Assembly: GCA_003598135.1 (NCBI GenBank)
Contig: QZKA01000027.1
Span: 84,788 to 148,787, forward strand
Direction of reading: 5' to 3'
Length of the DNA: 64,000 nt
Origin: Candidatus Omnitrophota bacterium
Lineage (GTDB): Bacteria; Omnitrophota; Gorgyraeia; Gygaellales; Profunditerraquicolaceae
Numbering within the stretch: position 1 is the stretch's first letter; every line of letters starts with the position of its first letter. The notes beneath the pieces were generated by a model. That model was given only the letters and a program-made list of their open reading frames with translations. It ran no database searches and was not told the origin of the DNA. Below are positions 38,565 through 48,803 of the stretch, piece by piece. Both the position numbers and the translations under genes were made by a program.

Positions 38565-40187
38565 ATGTTTCTATCGTTTGTAGAAAAAACTAAACTACCA
38601 GTTTTTGTGGTAGTTTTTTTATTCTTTGCGGGTTCTGAGGGTATTGCAGAAGACCGGGGAGATGCATTTGTAGTTGGTTCCATTTCGGACGCAAGAACAC
38701 TTTTACCCATTATTGCCTCTGACTCGGCATCCCAGGATGTATGTAGTATGATTTTTAACGGGCTTGTCAAATACGACAAGAATCTGGACCTGGTTGGTGA
38801 TTTGGCTCAGAGTTGGGAGGTGAAAGAGGGAGGGCTCGTGCTTGTGTTCCACTTGAGGAGAAACGTGTCCTGGCAGGACGGCCGCCCCTTTACCGCCAAA
38901 GACGTAGAATTTACCTACCGGCAATTAATTAATCCTTCAGTCAGGACACCTTACAGCGGAGATTTCGAGAGAATAAAAACTCTTGAAGCACTTGATGATT
39001 ATACGATAAGGGTGACTTATAAGGAGCTGTTTGCGCCTGCGTTAAGCAGCTGGGGCATGTTCATTATTCCCAAGCACATTTTAGAGAAGCAGGATTTAAA
39101 CTCGTCAACTTTTCAGAGAAAGCCTGTAGGTACCGGTCCCTATGTATTTAAAAAATGGAAGTCTCAAAATTATATCGAGCTGTTATCGAGCAATACGTAT
39201 TTTGAAAAAGTACCTTTTATCAGCCGTTATATTACCAGAGTTATCCCTGATGAGTCCACCATGTTCCTGGAACTTGAGACAGAAGGACTGGATGCTGCAG
39301 GGATCAGTGCCCTGCAATACAAGCGTCAGACCGATACCGATTTTTTTAAGAAAAAATACTACAAATTCAGATTGCCGAGCTTTTCTTATCTTTACCTCGG
39401 GTACAATTTAGAAAGAGGGTTGTTTAAAGACCGCAGGGTTCGAGAAGCATTAAATTACGCAGTGAATAAGCAGGAGCTCATTGATATGGTGCTTTTGGGT
39501 TATGGCAGTATTGCCAACGGTCCGTTCGTACCCCAATCATGGGCTTATGATGCCCAATTTCCACCGGCAGCTTTCAATCAGGCTAAGGCGCGTTCGTTGC
39601 TTAATGACGCTGGCTGGAAAGATGATAACTTCGACGGAATCTTGGAAAAGGATGCTGTGTCTTTTGAATTTAGCATACTTACCAATCAAGGGAATGAAGA
39701 GCGTATTAAGGCTGCCCAAATAATCCAGAAAAGGCTTAAAGAGGTAGGAGTACGGGTAAAGATAAAAGTTGTGGAGTGGAGCGTATTTCTTACTGAAATT
39801 ATCAATAAGAGGGATTTTGATGCAGTGTTATTGGGGTGGTCTCTGTCCCGCGATCCGGACAATTTCGATATATGGCATTCATCCAAGATAAAGCCCGGAG
39901 AATTCAATTTTATAGGCTACAGGAATAAAGAGGTTGACGAATTATTGGTTCAGGCGCGCAAGACCTTTGACCAGGAAAAACGCAAAAACTGTTATTTTAA
40001 AATAAATAAACTTATTTATAGAGACCAGCCATGCATGTTTTTGTATGTTGCCGATAACCTCTTTGTAGTGCATAAAAGATTCAGAAATATCGAGCCTGGC
40101 CCAAGCGGTATCTGGCACAATTTTATTTATTGGTGGGTTCCTAACGTAGAACAGAAATATAGGAGTAAGAGTGCTATCGTCCCATAA
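38565..40187 (+). CDS. Peptide ABC transporter substrate-binding protein (family 5, AppA-like)
   Basis: IFNGLVKYD, WQDGRPFTA-DV-FT, GTGPY, RVREAL, NFIGY-N. Confidence 0.92.
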   Translation: MFLSFVEKTKLPVFVVVFLFFAGSEGIAEDRGDAFVVGSISDARTLLPIIASDSASQDVCSMIFNGLVKYDKNLDLVGDLAQSWEVKEGGLVLVFHLRRNVSWQDGRPFTAKDVEFTYRQLINPSVRTPYSGDFERIKTLEALDDYTIRVTYKELFAPALSSWGMFIIPKHILEKQDLNSSTFQRKPVGTGPYVFKKWKSQNYIELLSSNTYFEKVPFISRYITRVIPDESTMFLELETEGLDAAGISALQYKRQTDTDFFKKKYYKFRLPSFSYLYLGYNLERGLFKDRRVREALNYAVNKQELIDMVLLGYGSIANGPFVPQSWAYDAQFPPAAFNQAKARSLLNDAGWKDDNFDGILEKDAVSFEFSILTNQGNEERIKAAQIIQKRLKEVGVRVKIKVVEWSVFLTEIINKRDFDAVLLGWSLSRDPDNFDIWHSSKIKPGEFNFIGYRNKEVDELLVQARKTFDQEKRKNCYFKINKLIYRDQPCMFLYVADNLFVVHKRFRNIEPGPSGIWHNFIYWWVPNVEQKYRSKSAIVP

Positions 40188-40210
40188 AAAATGGAAAAGG
40201 CCAAAAGTAT

Positions 40211-41194
40211 ATGCTGACGTATATTGCAAGAAGACTGGCAGGTAGTATCCCTATTATTTTGGGGATTACCATGATTAGCTTTGCCATCATTCACCTTGTG
40301 CCTGGTAAGCCAACTAGTGCCGAGAGCGCGCTTAATCCAAAGGTATCCCTACAGGTGAGAGAGCGTATCGAAAAACTCTACGGGCTTGATAAACCTATTC
40401 ACGTGCAGTACCTGGAATGGACACGCCGGCTGCTGAAGCTTGATTTTGGAAGGTCTTTTTCCGACGGCCGTCCGGTCATTGAAAAAATAACCGAGAGGCT
40501 TCCCGTGACAGTAGGCATCAATGTGCTTTCGATGTTTTTTATATTCATAGTTGCAATTCCTCTGGGGGTAAAGAGCGCCCGGTCGAGCGGGTCATGGTTT
40601 GATACAAGCGCTACCTTTTTTGTCTTTTTATTCTTTGCGGCTCCCACCTTCTGGGTTGCCCTGCTATTAATGCAGCTTTTTTGTATTACGCTTGGATGGC
40701 TGCCTATTTCAGGGATTACTTCTTTGGATTTCGAATATTTTACTTTTTCGCAGAAAGTGATTGACATTGTAAGGCATCTGGCCCTGCCGGTGTTTGTGTC
40801 CTGTATTACCGGGCTTGCTGCGGTGAGCCGCTATATGCGCACAAGTATGCGTGAGGCATTGCAGCAGCCCTATATTTACACTGCCCGCGCCAAAGGATTA
40901 CCCGAACGCACGGTGTTGTACAAACATGCATTTCGCAATGCCATCCTTCCGATTATTACTATTCTGGGGCTTTCAATACCCGGTTTAATAGGAGGCAGCG
41001 TTATATTTGAATCGATCTTTGCGCTCCCCGGCATCGGAAGGTTATTTTACGAAGCCGTAATGATGCGTGATTATCCTCTCATTATGGCTGAGGTGGTCCT
41101 GGGGGCATTATTGACTATGGCGGGCAATTTAATTGCCGATATCGGCTATGCGTATGTTGACCCACGGATCCGTTACGCCAAGAAAGTGAGTTAA
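40211..41194 (+). CDS. Peptide ABC transporter permease (OppB/DppB-like)
   Basis: YGLDKP, DFGRS, TARAKGL, HAFRNA, DPRI. Confidence 0.93.
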   Translation: MLTYIARRLAGSIPIILGITMISFAIIHLVPGKPTSAESALNPKVSLQVRERIEKLYGLDKPIHVQYLEWTRRLLKLDFGRSFSDGRPVIEKITERLPVTVGINVLSMFFIFIVAIPLGVKSARSSGSWFDTSATFFVFLFFAAPTFWVALLLMQLFCITLGWLPISGITSLDFEYFTFSQKVIDIVRHLALPVFVSCITGLAAVSRYMRTSMREALQQPYIYTARAKGLPERTVLYKHAFRNAILPIITILGLSIPGLIGGSVIFESIFALPGIGRLFYEAVMMRDYPLIMAEVVLGALLTMAGNLIADIGYAYVDPRIRYAKKVS

Positions 41195-41205
41195 GCGAGA
41201 AAGGC

Positions 41206-42003
41206 ATGAACAAACTTTTACTTGTAGGAATAGCAATTATAGGGTTTCTAAGCGCAGCAGCCATTCTTGCCCCTTTTATCAGCCCCTACGAGCCTTCCCT
41301 CATTGACTCCGCAAGCCTTCTTATGCCACCCTCATACGCGCATCCGTTAGGAACGGATGGCTTAGGTAGGGATTTATTGAGCCGTATTATTTATGGTGCC
41401 CGTATTTCTTTGGGCATAGGAATTATAGCTGTCGGTATTTCCCTGTGTATCGGCGTGATTGCTGGTTCTGTCGCGGGCTATTTCGGAGGCCTGGCAGATT
41501 CGATCATTATGCGCAGTGCCGATATTATGCTTTGTTTTCCTACATTTTTTCTTATTCTTGCTACGGTGGCGGTACTTGAACCTTCCATTATCAACATTAT
41601 GGTGATTATTGGTCTAACGAGCTGGATGGGAATTGCGCGTTTGATAAGGAGCGAGATACTTTCTTTGAGGGAGAGGGAGTTTATTCAGGCTGCAAAAGCC
41701 ATCGGCGCTTCCCATTATGGGATTATCTGCAGGCATCTGCTCCCGAATGCCCTGGGGCCAGTATTTGTAAATGCGACGTTAGGAATTGCGGGGGCTATTT
41801 TGCTGGAATCGGCTTTAAGTTTCTTGGGGTTGGGTGTACAGCCTCCCGTTCCTAGCTGGGGCAATATCCTTATCGAATCAAAAGCCACTCTTGGGGTAGC
41901 TTGGTGGATAACGCTTTTTCCTGGACTGGCCATTTTTGTTACTATACTTGGTTTTAATTTCATCGCGGAAGGATTAAGAAAGCACTGGGGTTACAATGCT
42001 TAA
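41206..42003 (+). CDS. Peptide ABC transporter permease (OppC/DppC-like)
   Basis: HPLGTDGLGRD, AKAIGA, LSFLGLG, SWG. Confidence 0.93.
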   Translation: MNKLLLVGIAIIGFLSAAAILAPFISPYEPSLIDSASLLMPPSYAHPLGTDGLGRDLLSRIIYGARISLGIGIIAVGISLCIGVIAGSVAGYFGGLADSIIMRSADIMLCFPTFFLILATVAVLEPSIINIMVIIGLTSWMGIARLIRSEILSLREREFIQAAKAIGASHYGIICRHLLPNALGPVFVNATLGIAGAILLESALSFLGLGVQPPVPSWGNILIESKATLGVAWWITLFPGLAIFVTILGFNFIAEGLRKHWGYNA

Positions 42004-42781
42004 AATTTCTAACCTCCATGTACACTTTGACCTTGATGGCACTATTGTGAAGGCGTTATGCGGGGTCACTTTGGGCGTCAACCTCAAAGAAACCCTTGTA
42101 GTGGCCGGAGAATCAGGTTCAGGCAAAACAGTTACTGCTTTGGCAGTGACAAGGCTCTTGCCTGCGGCAGCACGCGTAACCTCGGGTGAAATCTATTTTA
42201 ACGGAAAAAATCTTCTCTTGCTGGAAGAAGATGCGCTGCGTAAGGTCAGAGGCAAAGAGATCGCTTATATTTTTCAGGAGCCGGGCAGTTTTCTTAATCC
42301 TGTCTATATGGTAGGAGACCAGATTATGGAATCGTTTTTATTGCATCAGGGGCTTCCCCGGGTTGAGGCATTTGCCGAGACGCTGAGGCTTCTTGAGCTC
42401 GTAAAGATAAAGGACAGTCGCAGGGTCTTTTTTAACTATCCGCATCAGTTATCCGGCGGCATGAATCAGAGAGTTGGCATTGCCATGAGCCTTGCTTGCA
42501 GGCCGAAACTTCTTATTGCGGATGAGCCGACTACTGCGCTTGATGTAACCACGGAAACACAAATACTCGATCTGCTCTGTGAATTAAAGAGCAGTTTTGG
42601 TTTTTCCCTCCTGTTCATTACGCATAATCTTTCAATCGCCAGGCGAATAGCGGATAGAATCTGCGTGATGTATAAAGGCCAGGTCGTTGAAGAGGCCGAT
42701 GCAGAGCGTATTTTTTGCTCACCGCAACATTTTCATACGAAGGAATTGATCCATGCATACCAAACGATAGGTACACAATGA
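41996..42781 (+). CDS. Peptide ABC transporter ATPase (OppD-like)
   Basis: GESGSGKT, YPHQLSGGM, IADEPTTALD. Confidence 0.93.
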   Translation: MLKISNLHVHFDLDGTIVKALCGVTLGVNLKETLVVAGESGSGKTVTALAVTRLLPAAARVTSGEIYFNGKNLLLLEEDALRKVRGKEIAYIFQEPGSFLNPVYMVGDQIMESFLLHQGLPRVEAFAETLRLLELVKIKDSRRVFFNYPHQLSGGMNQRVGIAMSLACRPKLLIADEPTTALDVTTETQILDLLCELKSSFGFSLLFITHNLSIARRIADRICVMYKGQVVEEADAERIFCSPQHFHTKELIHAYQTIGTQ

Positions 42782-43530
42782 TTGTAAGGGCAGTGCATAT
42801 TTCTAAATACTTCTCCATTGAAGGGGGCGTCTTTAAGCGCGAAACAGGCCTGGTCAGGGCCCTGGAAGACGTAAGTTTCTCGGTTGAGGAATTTTCTACG
42901 CTTGGCATAGTCGGCGAATCCGGTTCAGGCAAGACTACCCTGGCGAAGATACTTGTGCAGCTTATGGCCCCGACAAAAGGGGTCGTTGAGTTTGATGGTT
43001 CCAAGATTAGCAATTTCAGGAAAGATATGCAGATCGTCTTTCAGAATCCCTATGCAAGCCTTGACCCGAAGATGCGCATAAAGGACACACTGTATGAGCC
43101 CCTTTTGATCCACCGGCTGGCAATGCCAAAGCAGCTCAGAGATAAGGCCAGAGAACTGTTGGATGCGGTGGGGATTAACGAGGATGCGTTAGGAAGGTTT
43201 CCTGCTGAATTCTCAGGAGGCCAAAGACAGAGAATTTGCATAGCACGTGCGCTGGCCACCCAGCCTAAGTGTATTATTTTAGATGAGCCTATATCTTCAC
43301 TGGATCTTACTATTCAGCTGAAATTGCTTGATTTGCTGCTGCGTTTAAAAGAGAGATTTAAGTTAACCTACCTTTTTATCAGCCATAACCTTAACGTCAT
43401 CAAATATATGGCAGATTCTGTGCTCGTGCTGCAGGGGGGGCGCATTGTTGAACAAGGGGATATGCGTGCTATATTCGCCCACCCGTCGCATCCTTATACC
43501 GAAAGCCTTCTTAGGTCTGCTCGCAGATAA
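42778..43530 (+). CDS. Peptide ABC transporter ATPase (OppF-like)
   Basis: GESGSGKT, FSGGQRQR, LDEP, HPYT; ATGA overlap start. Confidence 0.93.
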   Translation: MIVRAVHISKYFSIEGGVFKRETGLVRALEDVSFSVEEFSTLGIVGESGSGKTTLAKILVQLMAPTKGVVEFDGSKISNFRKDMQIVFQNPYASLDPKMRIKDTLYEPLLIHRLAMPKQLRDKARELLDAVGINEDALGRFPAEFSGGQRQRICIARALATQPKCIILDEPISSLDLTIQLKLLDLLLRLKERFKLTYLFISHNLNVIKYMADSVLVLQGGRIVEQGDMRAIFAHPSHPYTESLLRSARR

Positions 43531-43544
43531 TCCGAAAAATTTAT

Positions 43545-43572
43545 TTGACTAAAATTGAAAATATGTTATACT
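43545..43572 (+). promoter_or_regulatory. sigma70 promoter for rplM-rpsI
   Basis: TTGACT-N16-TATACT with TG extension. Confidence 0.7.
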
Positions 43573-43581
43573 TCTAACATT

Positions 43582-44013
43582 ATGCAAAAAACCTATTTTC
43601 CAAAAAAAGAAGATTTCCTTCAAAAATGGCTGTTAGTGGATGTGGAAGGTAAGATCTTGGGCCGCGCAGCCTCCAAGATTGCGGCTATTTTGAGGGGAAA
43701 ACATAAAAGGCTTTTTACTCCCGGTCTTGACTTGGGAGATAACGTGATCGTGATCAATGCTGCAAAAATAAAAGTTACTGGAAGCAAAGCGTCCCAGAAG
43801 GTATACCTGAGGTATTCCGGTTATCAGGGCGGGCAAAAAGAAGTAAGTTTTACGAATATGCGTGATAAGAAGCCGGCAACCGTCGTGAGGCTGGCAATAC
43901 AACGGATGTTACCGGGTGGGCCGCTGGGGAGAAAATTAATCAAGAAACTGAAGGTTTATCCGGGCCAGTCGCATCCTCATGCAGGCCAGAAACCAGAAGT
44001 CTTAAAAGTATAA
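43582..44013 (+). CDS. rplM: 50S ribosomal protein L13
   Basis: W-LVD-GKILGR-AS, LRGKHK, GDNVIVINA, HPHAGQKP. Confidence 0.97.
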   Translation: MQKTYFPKKEDFLQKWLLVDVEGKILGRAASKIAAILRGKHKRLFTPGLDLGDNVIVINAAKIKVTGSKASQKVYLRYSGYQGGQKEVSFTNMRDKKPATVVRLAIQRMLPGGPLGRKLIKKLKVYPGQSHPHAGQKPEVLKV

Positions 44014-44025
44014 GCGAGAAAAAAC

Positions 44026-44421
44026 ATGGAAGTATTACAGAAATGGACAACAGTAGGCAGACGCAAGGAAGCCATAGCCAGAGTGCTGTTGATTGCCGGA
44101 AAAGGCGATATTGTGGTGAACGGCATACCCTATGCTGATTATTTTTCGAGAGAAACGGACCAGATTATCGTCAAACAGCCCATGAGGGTTACCAATACCA
44201 TCCAGAAATATGACGTGGTTGCGAATCTTAAGGGCGGCGGACTCAACGGCCAGGCAGGTGCGCTCCAACTGGGTATTTCCCGGGCTCTCATGCTCGCTGA
44301 GCCTGAGTTAAAAGACATTCTCAGGAAAAACGGATTTTTAACCCGAGATCCCAGGATGAAGGAGCGCAAGAAATACGGGCAGAAGGGCGCCAGGAAACGC
44401 TTCCAGTGGACAAAGAGGTAG
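44026..44421 (+). CDS. rpsI: 30S ribosomal protein S9
   Basis: GRRKEAIARV, GGG--GQAGA, LTRDPR-KERKKYG, QWTKR. Confidence 0.98.
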   Translation: MEVLQKWTTVGRRKEAIARVLLIAGKGDIVVNGIPYADYFSRETDQIIVKQPMRVTNTIQKYDVVANLKGGGLNGQAGALQLGISRALMLAEPELKDILRKNGFLTRDPRMKERKKYGQKGARKRFQWTKR

Positions 44422-44465
44422 GAGGGTCTTAAAGAAGATTCACTCATTTTTGGTAGTTCTTACTG

Positions 44466-44492
44466 TCCCGCTCTTCAGGCGGGATTTTTTTT
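44466..44492 (+). terminator. Intrinsic terminator after rpsI
   Basis: TCCCGC-N7-GCGGGA followed by T8. Confidence 0.8.
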
Positions 44493-44510
44493 CTTCCGAC
44501 GAGAAAAAAC

Positions 44511-44539
44511 TTGACTATCGTAACGATTTGGCTTAGTAT
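44511..44539 (+). promoter_or_regulatory. sigma70 promoter of the arg/lys superoperon
   Basis: TTGACT-N17-TAGTAT; the spacer contains the palindrome ATCGTAACGAT. Confidence 0.65.
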
Positions 44540-44564
44540 GGACCTATAGACGACGAGGTGTGAG

Positions 44565-45587
44565 ATGATAAATGTGGGCATAGTTGGTGCGACAGGTTAT
44601 GCGGGCGAGGAGTTGGTAGAGTTACTCCTTGGCCATCCGTACGTGCGTATAACAAGCCTTTCTGCGCTTATCGATAAGCCTCAGCCAATCTCTGCGCTTT
44701 TTCCGAGATTCTCACGGAAAATAAACCTGCTTTGTAAAAAGCCCGATGTCAAAGAGATAGCCAGGAATTGCGATTTAGTTTTTTTGGCCCTGCCGCATAC
44801 GGCTTCCATGGATTTCGTACCGAAACTCCTTGGCGCGGGCAAAAGGGTAATCGACCTCAGCGCAGACTACCGGTTTAAGAATCTTCGCCAGTACACGAAG
44901 CATTATCGCGTTATACACAAAGATCCCGCACGGCTCAAGCTTGCGGTGTATGGGCTTCCTGAACTGTACCGGCAAAAGATTAAGGGAGCACTACTCGTTG
45001 CTAACCCCGGTTGCTATCCCACATGCGCAATACTTGCGCTTGCGCCGCTCGTTGCGTTTGATTCCATTGATACCACACGTATCGTTATTGACGCTAAGTC
45101 AGGCGTTACGGGCGCGGGCAGAAAAATTGCGCAGGATTTTATGTTTTCCGAATTATCGGATAATTTTAAGGCATACAAGATCGGAGTGCATCAGCACGCC
45201 CCTGAGATCGATCAGGAATTATCTAAGGTTGCAGGGAAGTCCCTTGGGGTGTTATTTGTCCCGCATCTTTTGCCCCTGAAGAGAGGGATCTTTGAGACGA
45301 TATACATTACCATGAAGCCAAGATCAAAATGGACTACTACTAAGCTTCTCCAGGTTTACAGCCGTTTTTTCAAACACGAACCTTTTGTGAGAATCAAAGC
45401 GGAGAATGAATTTCCCGCCTTAAAAGACGTAACTGATACGAATTTTTGCGATATCGGCATAAGAGTGAAAGGCAGCACCGTAATTATCATTGCTGCGATA
45501 GATAATTTATTAAAAGGGGCGTCAGGCCAGGCAGTGCAGAATATGAATATAATGTATAATTTCGCAGAATCGACGTCATTGCTATGA
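44565..45587 (+). CDS. argC: N-acetyl-gamma-glutamyl-phosphate reductase
   Basis: GATGYAG, DLSADYR, ANPGCYPT, DNLLKGASGQAVQN. Confidence 0.97.
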   Translation: MINVGIVGATGYAGEELVELLLGHPYVRITSLSALIDKPQPISALFPRFSRKINLLCKKPDVKEIARNCDLVFLALPHTASMDFVPKLLGAGKRVIDLSADYRFKNLRQYTKHYRVIHKDPARLKLAVYGLPELYRQKIKGALLVANPGCYPTCAILALAPLVAFDSIDTTRIVIDAKSGVTGAGRKIAQDFMFSELSDNFKAYKIGVHQHAPEIDQELSKVAGKSLGVLFVPHLLPLKRGIFETIYITMKPRSKWTTTKLLQVYSRFFKHEPFVRIKAENEFPALKDVTDTNFCDIGIRVKGSTVIIIAAIDNLLKGASGQAVQNMNIMYNFAESTSLL

Positions 45588-46720
45588 AGATACACAGAAG
45601 AGCGATACTTCCCATAGGATATCTGGCTTCTGGGGTAGCAAGCGGTATAAAACGGTCAGGAAAACGTGATTTGGCGCTATTGTATTCAAATGCGCCGGGC
45701 AAGGCTGCCTGCCATTTTACCTCTAACACGATTATTGCCGCTCCGATACGCCTTAACAGGATCCATCTTAAAAAAACTAAGGCGTTTCAAGCGGTGATTA
45801 TTAATAGTGGTAACGCAAATTGCTTTACCGGCAAAAAGGGCTTTTCTGACGCAGAGCGGATTTCCGGACAATTATCCCTCCTGCTTAAAATACCGAAAGA
45901 ATCGATATTGAGCGCCTCTACGGGGATTATCGGCAGAAGGCTGCCTGCATCTAAGATGATCCGGTCTTTGCCGGGTCTGATAAAAGGCTTGTCTCAGGGG
46001 GGTATTGATGCGGCAAAGGACGCAATTCTTACTACCGATACATTTGCAAAAGCGATTACTGCCGAAGACACTATCGGAGGAAGCAGGGTGAGAATGTGCG
46101 GTATTGCGAAAGGCGCCGGCATGATCGCGCCCAATGTAGCTACCATGCTTGCGTTTGTCCTGACAGACGCGCATATTTCACAGAAGGCCTTATCCAAGGC
46201 TTCCTCCATTGCCGTCAATACATCTTTTAATTGCATTACCGTTGACGGGTGTATGAGTACTAATGATACCGTGGCGATCATGGCCAATAGCCAAGCCTGT
46301 AATGCATTAATAGGCACCAACCGTTATTTTGGACGGTTCTTGACGTTGCTTTCGCGGGTATATTTGGAATTAGCGAAAATGATTATTAAGGATGCCGAAG
46401 GCGCAACCAAGTTTATACAAATCAGGGTGACTGGCGCACGTAGTTTTAAAGAGGCAAGACAGGTTGCGCTATCGGTTGCAAATTCCAACCTCTTTAAGAC
46501 CGCCATATACGGAGAGAATCATAATTTTGGGAGAATTGCCGCAAGCGTCGGTTCAAGCGGGGTCAAGGTGGCTGAACAGGACGTAAAGATATCAGTAAGT
46601 CCTCTACATAGAAAAACAATCGATGTCGAGATTTCGTTGCGCCCGGGGAAACATTCAGCGGTAGTGTATACATCCGATTTGACTCCTCAATATATTAAGA
46701 TAAACGCGGAATATAACTAA
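45584..46720 (+). CDS. argJ: Ornithine acetyltransferase ArgJ
   Basis: NSGNANCFTG, STGIIG, TTDT, KGAGMIAPN-ATML, STNDT, DAEGATK. Confidence 0.95.
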   Translation: MKIHRRAILPIGYLASGVASGIKRSGKRDLALLYSNAPGKAACHFTSNTIIAAPIRLNRIHLKKTKAFQAVIINSGNANCFTGKKGFSDAERISGQLSLLLKIPKESILSASTGIIGRRLPASKMIRSLPGLIKGLSQGGIDAAKDAILTTDTFAKAITAEDTIGGSRVRMCGIAKGAGMIAPNVATMLAFVLTDAHISQKALSKASSIAVNTSFNCITVDGCMSTNDTVAIMANSQACNALIGTNRYFGRFLTLLSRVYLELAKMIIKDAEGATKFIQIRVTGARSFKEARQVALSVANSNLFKTAIYGENHNFGRIAASVGSSGVKVAEQDVKISVSPLHRKTIDVEISLRPGKHSAVVYTSDLTPQYIKINAEYN

Positions 46721-46736
46721 AAGGAAGGCGGACGAC

Positions 46737-47591
46737 ATGGAAGAGGCCATCAAGAAAGCGGAAGTTTTGATTGAGGCGCTCCCTTACATTAAGAAATTCC
46801 ACAAGAAAGTCGTCGTGATTAAGTATGGGGGGAGCATCTTGAGCGAAGACAGTATACGCCTGCGGGTGTTAGAGGATATTGTGTTCTTGAACTTCATGGG
46901 CCTTAAGCCGGTTTTGGTCCATGGGGGCGGGCAGAACATAAGCGAGCGCATGCGTGCTACGGGACGCAAGGCCGAGTTCGTCGATGGCATACGTGTTACC
47001 GACCATGAGACCCTGAAAGTGGTTGAGGAGGAACTTCAGAAACTCAACGATACTATAGTAAAAGAGCTCAATGAGTTGGGCGCCAAAGGTTTTGGTTTAA
47101 ACGGTAAAGACAAAAGCTTAATCAAGGTCGTCAAGAAAAAAGCTGAAACTGATTTGGGATTAGTAGGGCATATCGTAGGAGTGAGCGCAGAGCCGGTTCT
47201 GGAAAGACTCAAAGAAGATGAAATTCCCGTCGTGCTTCCTATGGGTAAAGGAAACGATAAAACAAACTATAATGTGAATGCCGATGAGGCTGCGTCAAAC
47301 CTTGCAGTTGCGCTTAATGCAGAAAAGCTGGTTTTGCTGACGAACGTCAAAGGTATTATGCGTAACCAGGAGGACAAGCACTCGTTTCTGTCGACCCTGA
47401 GCGTCGAGGAGGCAAAAGGGTTAATCAAGAACAGTATTATACAGGAAGGGATGATTCCGAAGGTTATGGCTTGTATCGATGCGCTGGAGAACGGCGTAAA
47501 GAAAACACATATTATCGACGCGCGTATTCAGCACGGTCTTTTGCTGGAGATCTTTACCGACCACGGCATCGGCACAGAAATAGTAAAGTAG
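46737..47591 (+). CDS. argB: Acetylglutamate kinase
   Basis: EALPYI, IKYGG, VHGGG, NVNAD, GMIPKV, GIGT. Confidence 0.97.
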   Translation: MEEAIKKAEVLIEALPYIKKFHKKVVVIKYGGSILSEDSIRLRVLEDIVFLNFMGLKPVLVHGGGQNISERMRATGRKAEFVDGIRVTDHETLKVVEEELQKLNDTIVKELNELGAKGFGLNGKDKSLIKVVKKKAETDLGLVGHIVGVSAEPVLERLKEDEIPVVLPMGKGNDKTNYNVNADEAASNLAVALNAEKLVLLTNVKGIMRNQEDKHSFLSTLSVEEAKGLIKNSIIQEGMIPKVMACIDALENGVKKTHIIDARIQHGLLLEIFTDHGIGTEIVK

Positions 47592-47624
47592 GCTGTACCG
47601 ATTTCCTGGCATAGAGAAAAACAG

Positions 47625-48800
47625 ATGAACTTACCGCAGGTATTTGAGTCTTACAAAGAATATATAGTACCCAGTTATTCCAAGACACCTTTTGTGTTTG
47701 TGAAAGGAAAGGGAAGCTATCTCTGGGATATTCGGGGGAAAAAATATCTTGATTTTTTCCCCGGGTGGGGAGTCGGCAGCGTAGGCCACTGCCACCCTAA
47801 AGTAATGACGGCGGTAAGGGACCAGCTCAAAAAACTGATCTTTGTACCTAACAATTATTATACTATTGCGCAGGCAAAGTTAGCCAGGGAACTGAACTTC
47901 TGGGCGGGTTTTGCCTGTAAGGTTTTTTTCTGTAATTCAGGGGCGGAGGCAAATGAAGCAGCAATAAAGCTCTCGCGTAAATTCGGGCAGGGCCGTTATG
48001 AGATCATTACTTTTGAAAACGCCTTTCATGGAAGGACTCTGGCAACCATAGCGGCGACTGGTCAGAAAAAGTACCAACAGGGGTTCGAGCCGATGCCTGA
48101 GGGGTTTAAAAGTGTCCCGTTTAACGATATTGATACGGTAAAGAAGGCCTTTACCGATAAAACGGTAGCGGTAATGCTGGAGCTAGTACAGGGAGAAGGC
48201 GGTATCAATGTTGCCGATAAAGGTTTTGTGACACAGCTGCGAAAGTTTTGCGACGAAAGAAAACTGTTAATGATTATAGATGAAGTCCAGACCGGTATCG
48301 GCCGGACCGGCAAAATGTTTGCCTGGCAGCATTACGGCGTCGTTCCCGATATCTTTACCGTTGCGAAGGCCTTGGGCGGCGGTTTTCCCATAGGCGTGAT
48401 GTTGTCAAGGAGTGAAATCGCTGATTGTCTTGGCCCGGGCATGCACGCTTCTACATTCGGTGGGGGGGCGGTAATTTCCAGGGCAGCGCTGGCAGTATTG
48501 CAATCGATTCAAAAGGAAAAACTGCTCGGTAATACCCAAAAGATGGGCGCCTACTTATTTGAAAGACTGCATCAGCTTGCTTCAAGATGCACGCGCATCA
48601 AAGAGGTCCGCGGAATGGGCCTGATGTGGGGAATAGAGCTAACACAAGAAGGAAAGGCGATAGTAGAAGAGTGCAGCAAGCAAGGTTTATTAATCAACTG
48701 TACGCATGATACCGTACTTAGGCTCATGCCGGCGTTGAACGTATCGAAGAAACAGATTGATAACGCATTGAAAATACTTGAGAATGCATTGAGAGGATAA
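47625..48800 (+). CDS. argD: Acetylornithine aminotransferase
   Basis: NSGAEANE, FHGRT, QGEGG, DEVQTG, AKALGGG; arg operon context. Confidence 0.95.
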   Translation: MNLPQVFESYKEYIVPSYSKTPFVFVKGKGSYLWDIRGKKYLDFFPGWGVGSVGHCHPKVMTAVRDQLKKLIFVPNNYYTIAQAKLARELNFWAGFACKVFFCNSGAEANEAAIKLSRKFGQGRYEIITFENAFHGRTLATIAATGQKKYQQGFEPMPEGFKSVPFNDIDTVKKAFTDKTVAVMLELVQGEGGINVADKGFVTQLRKFCDERKLLMIIDEVQTGIGRTGKMFAWQHYGVVPDIFTVAKALGGGFPIGVMLSRSEIADCLGPGMHASTFGGGAVISRAALAVLQSIQKEKLLGNTQKMGAYLFERLHQLASRCTRIKEVRGMGLMWGIELTQEGKAIVEECSKQGLLINCTHDTVLRLMPALNVSKKQIDNALKILENALRG

Positions 48801-48803
48801 AGA

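Noticed and set aside
38530-38570. tRNA-Leu often found after secG
   Set aside because: The intergenic gap is only 9 nt and no cloverleaf is present.
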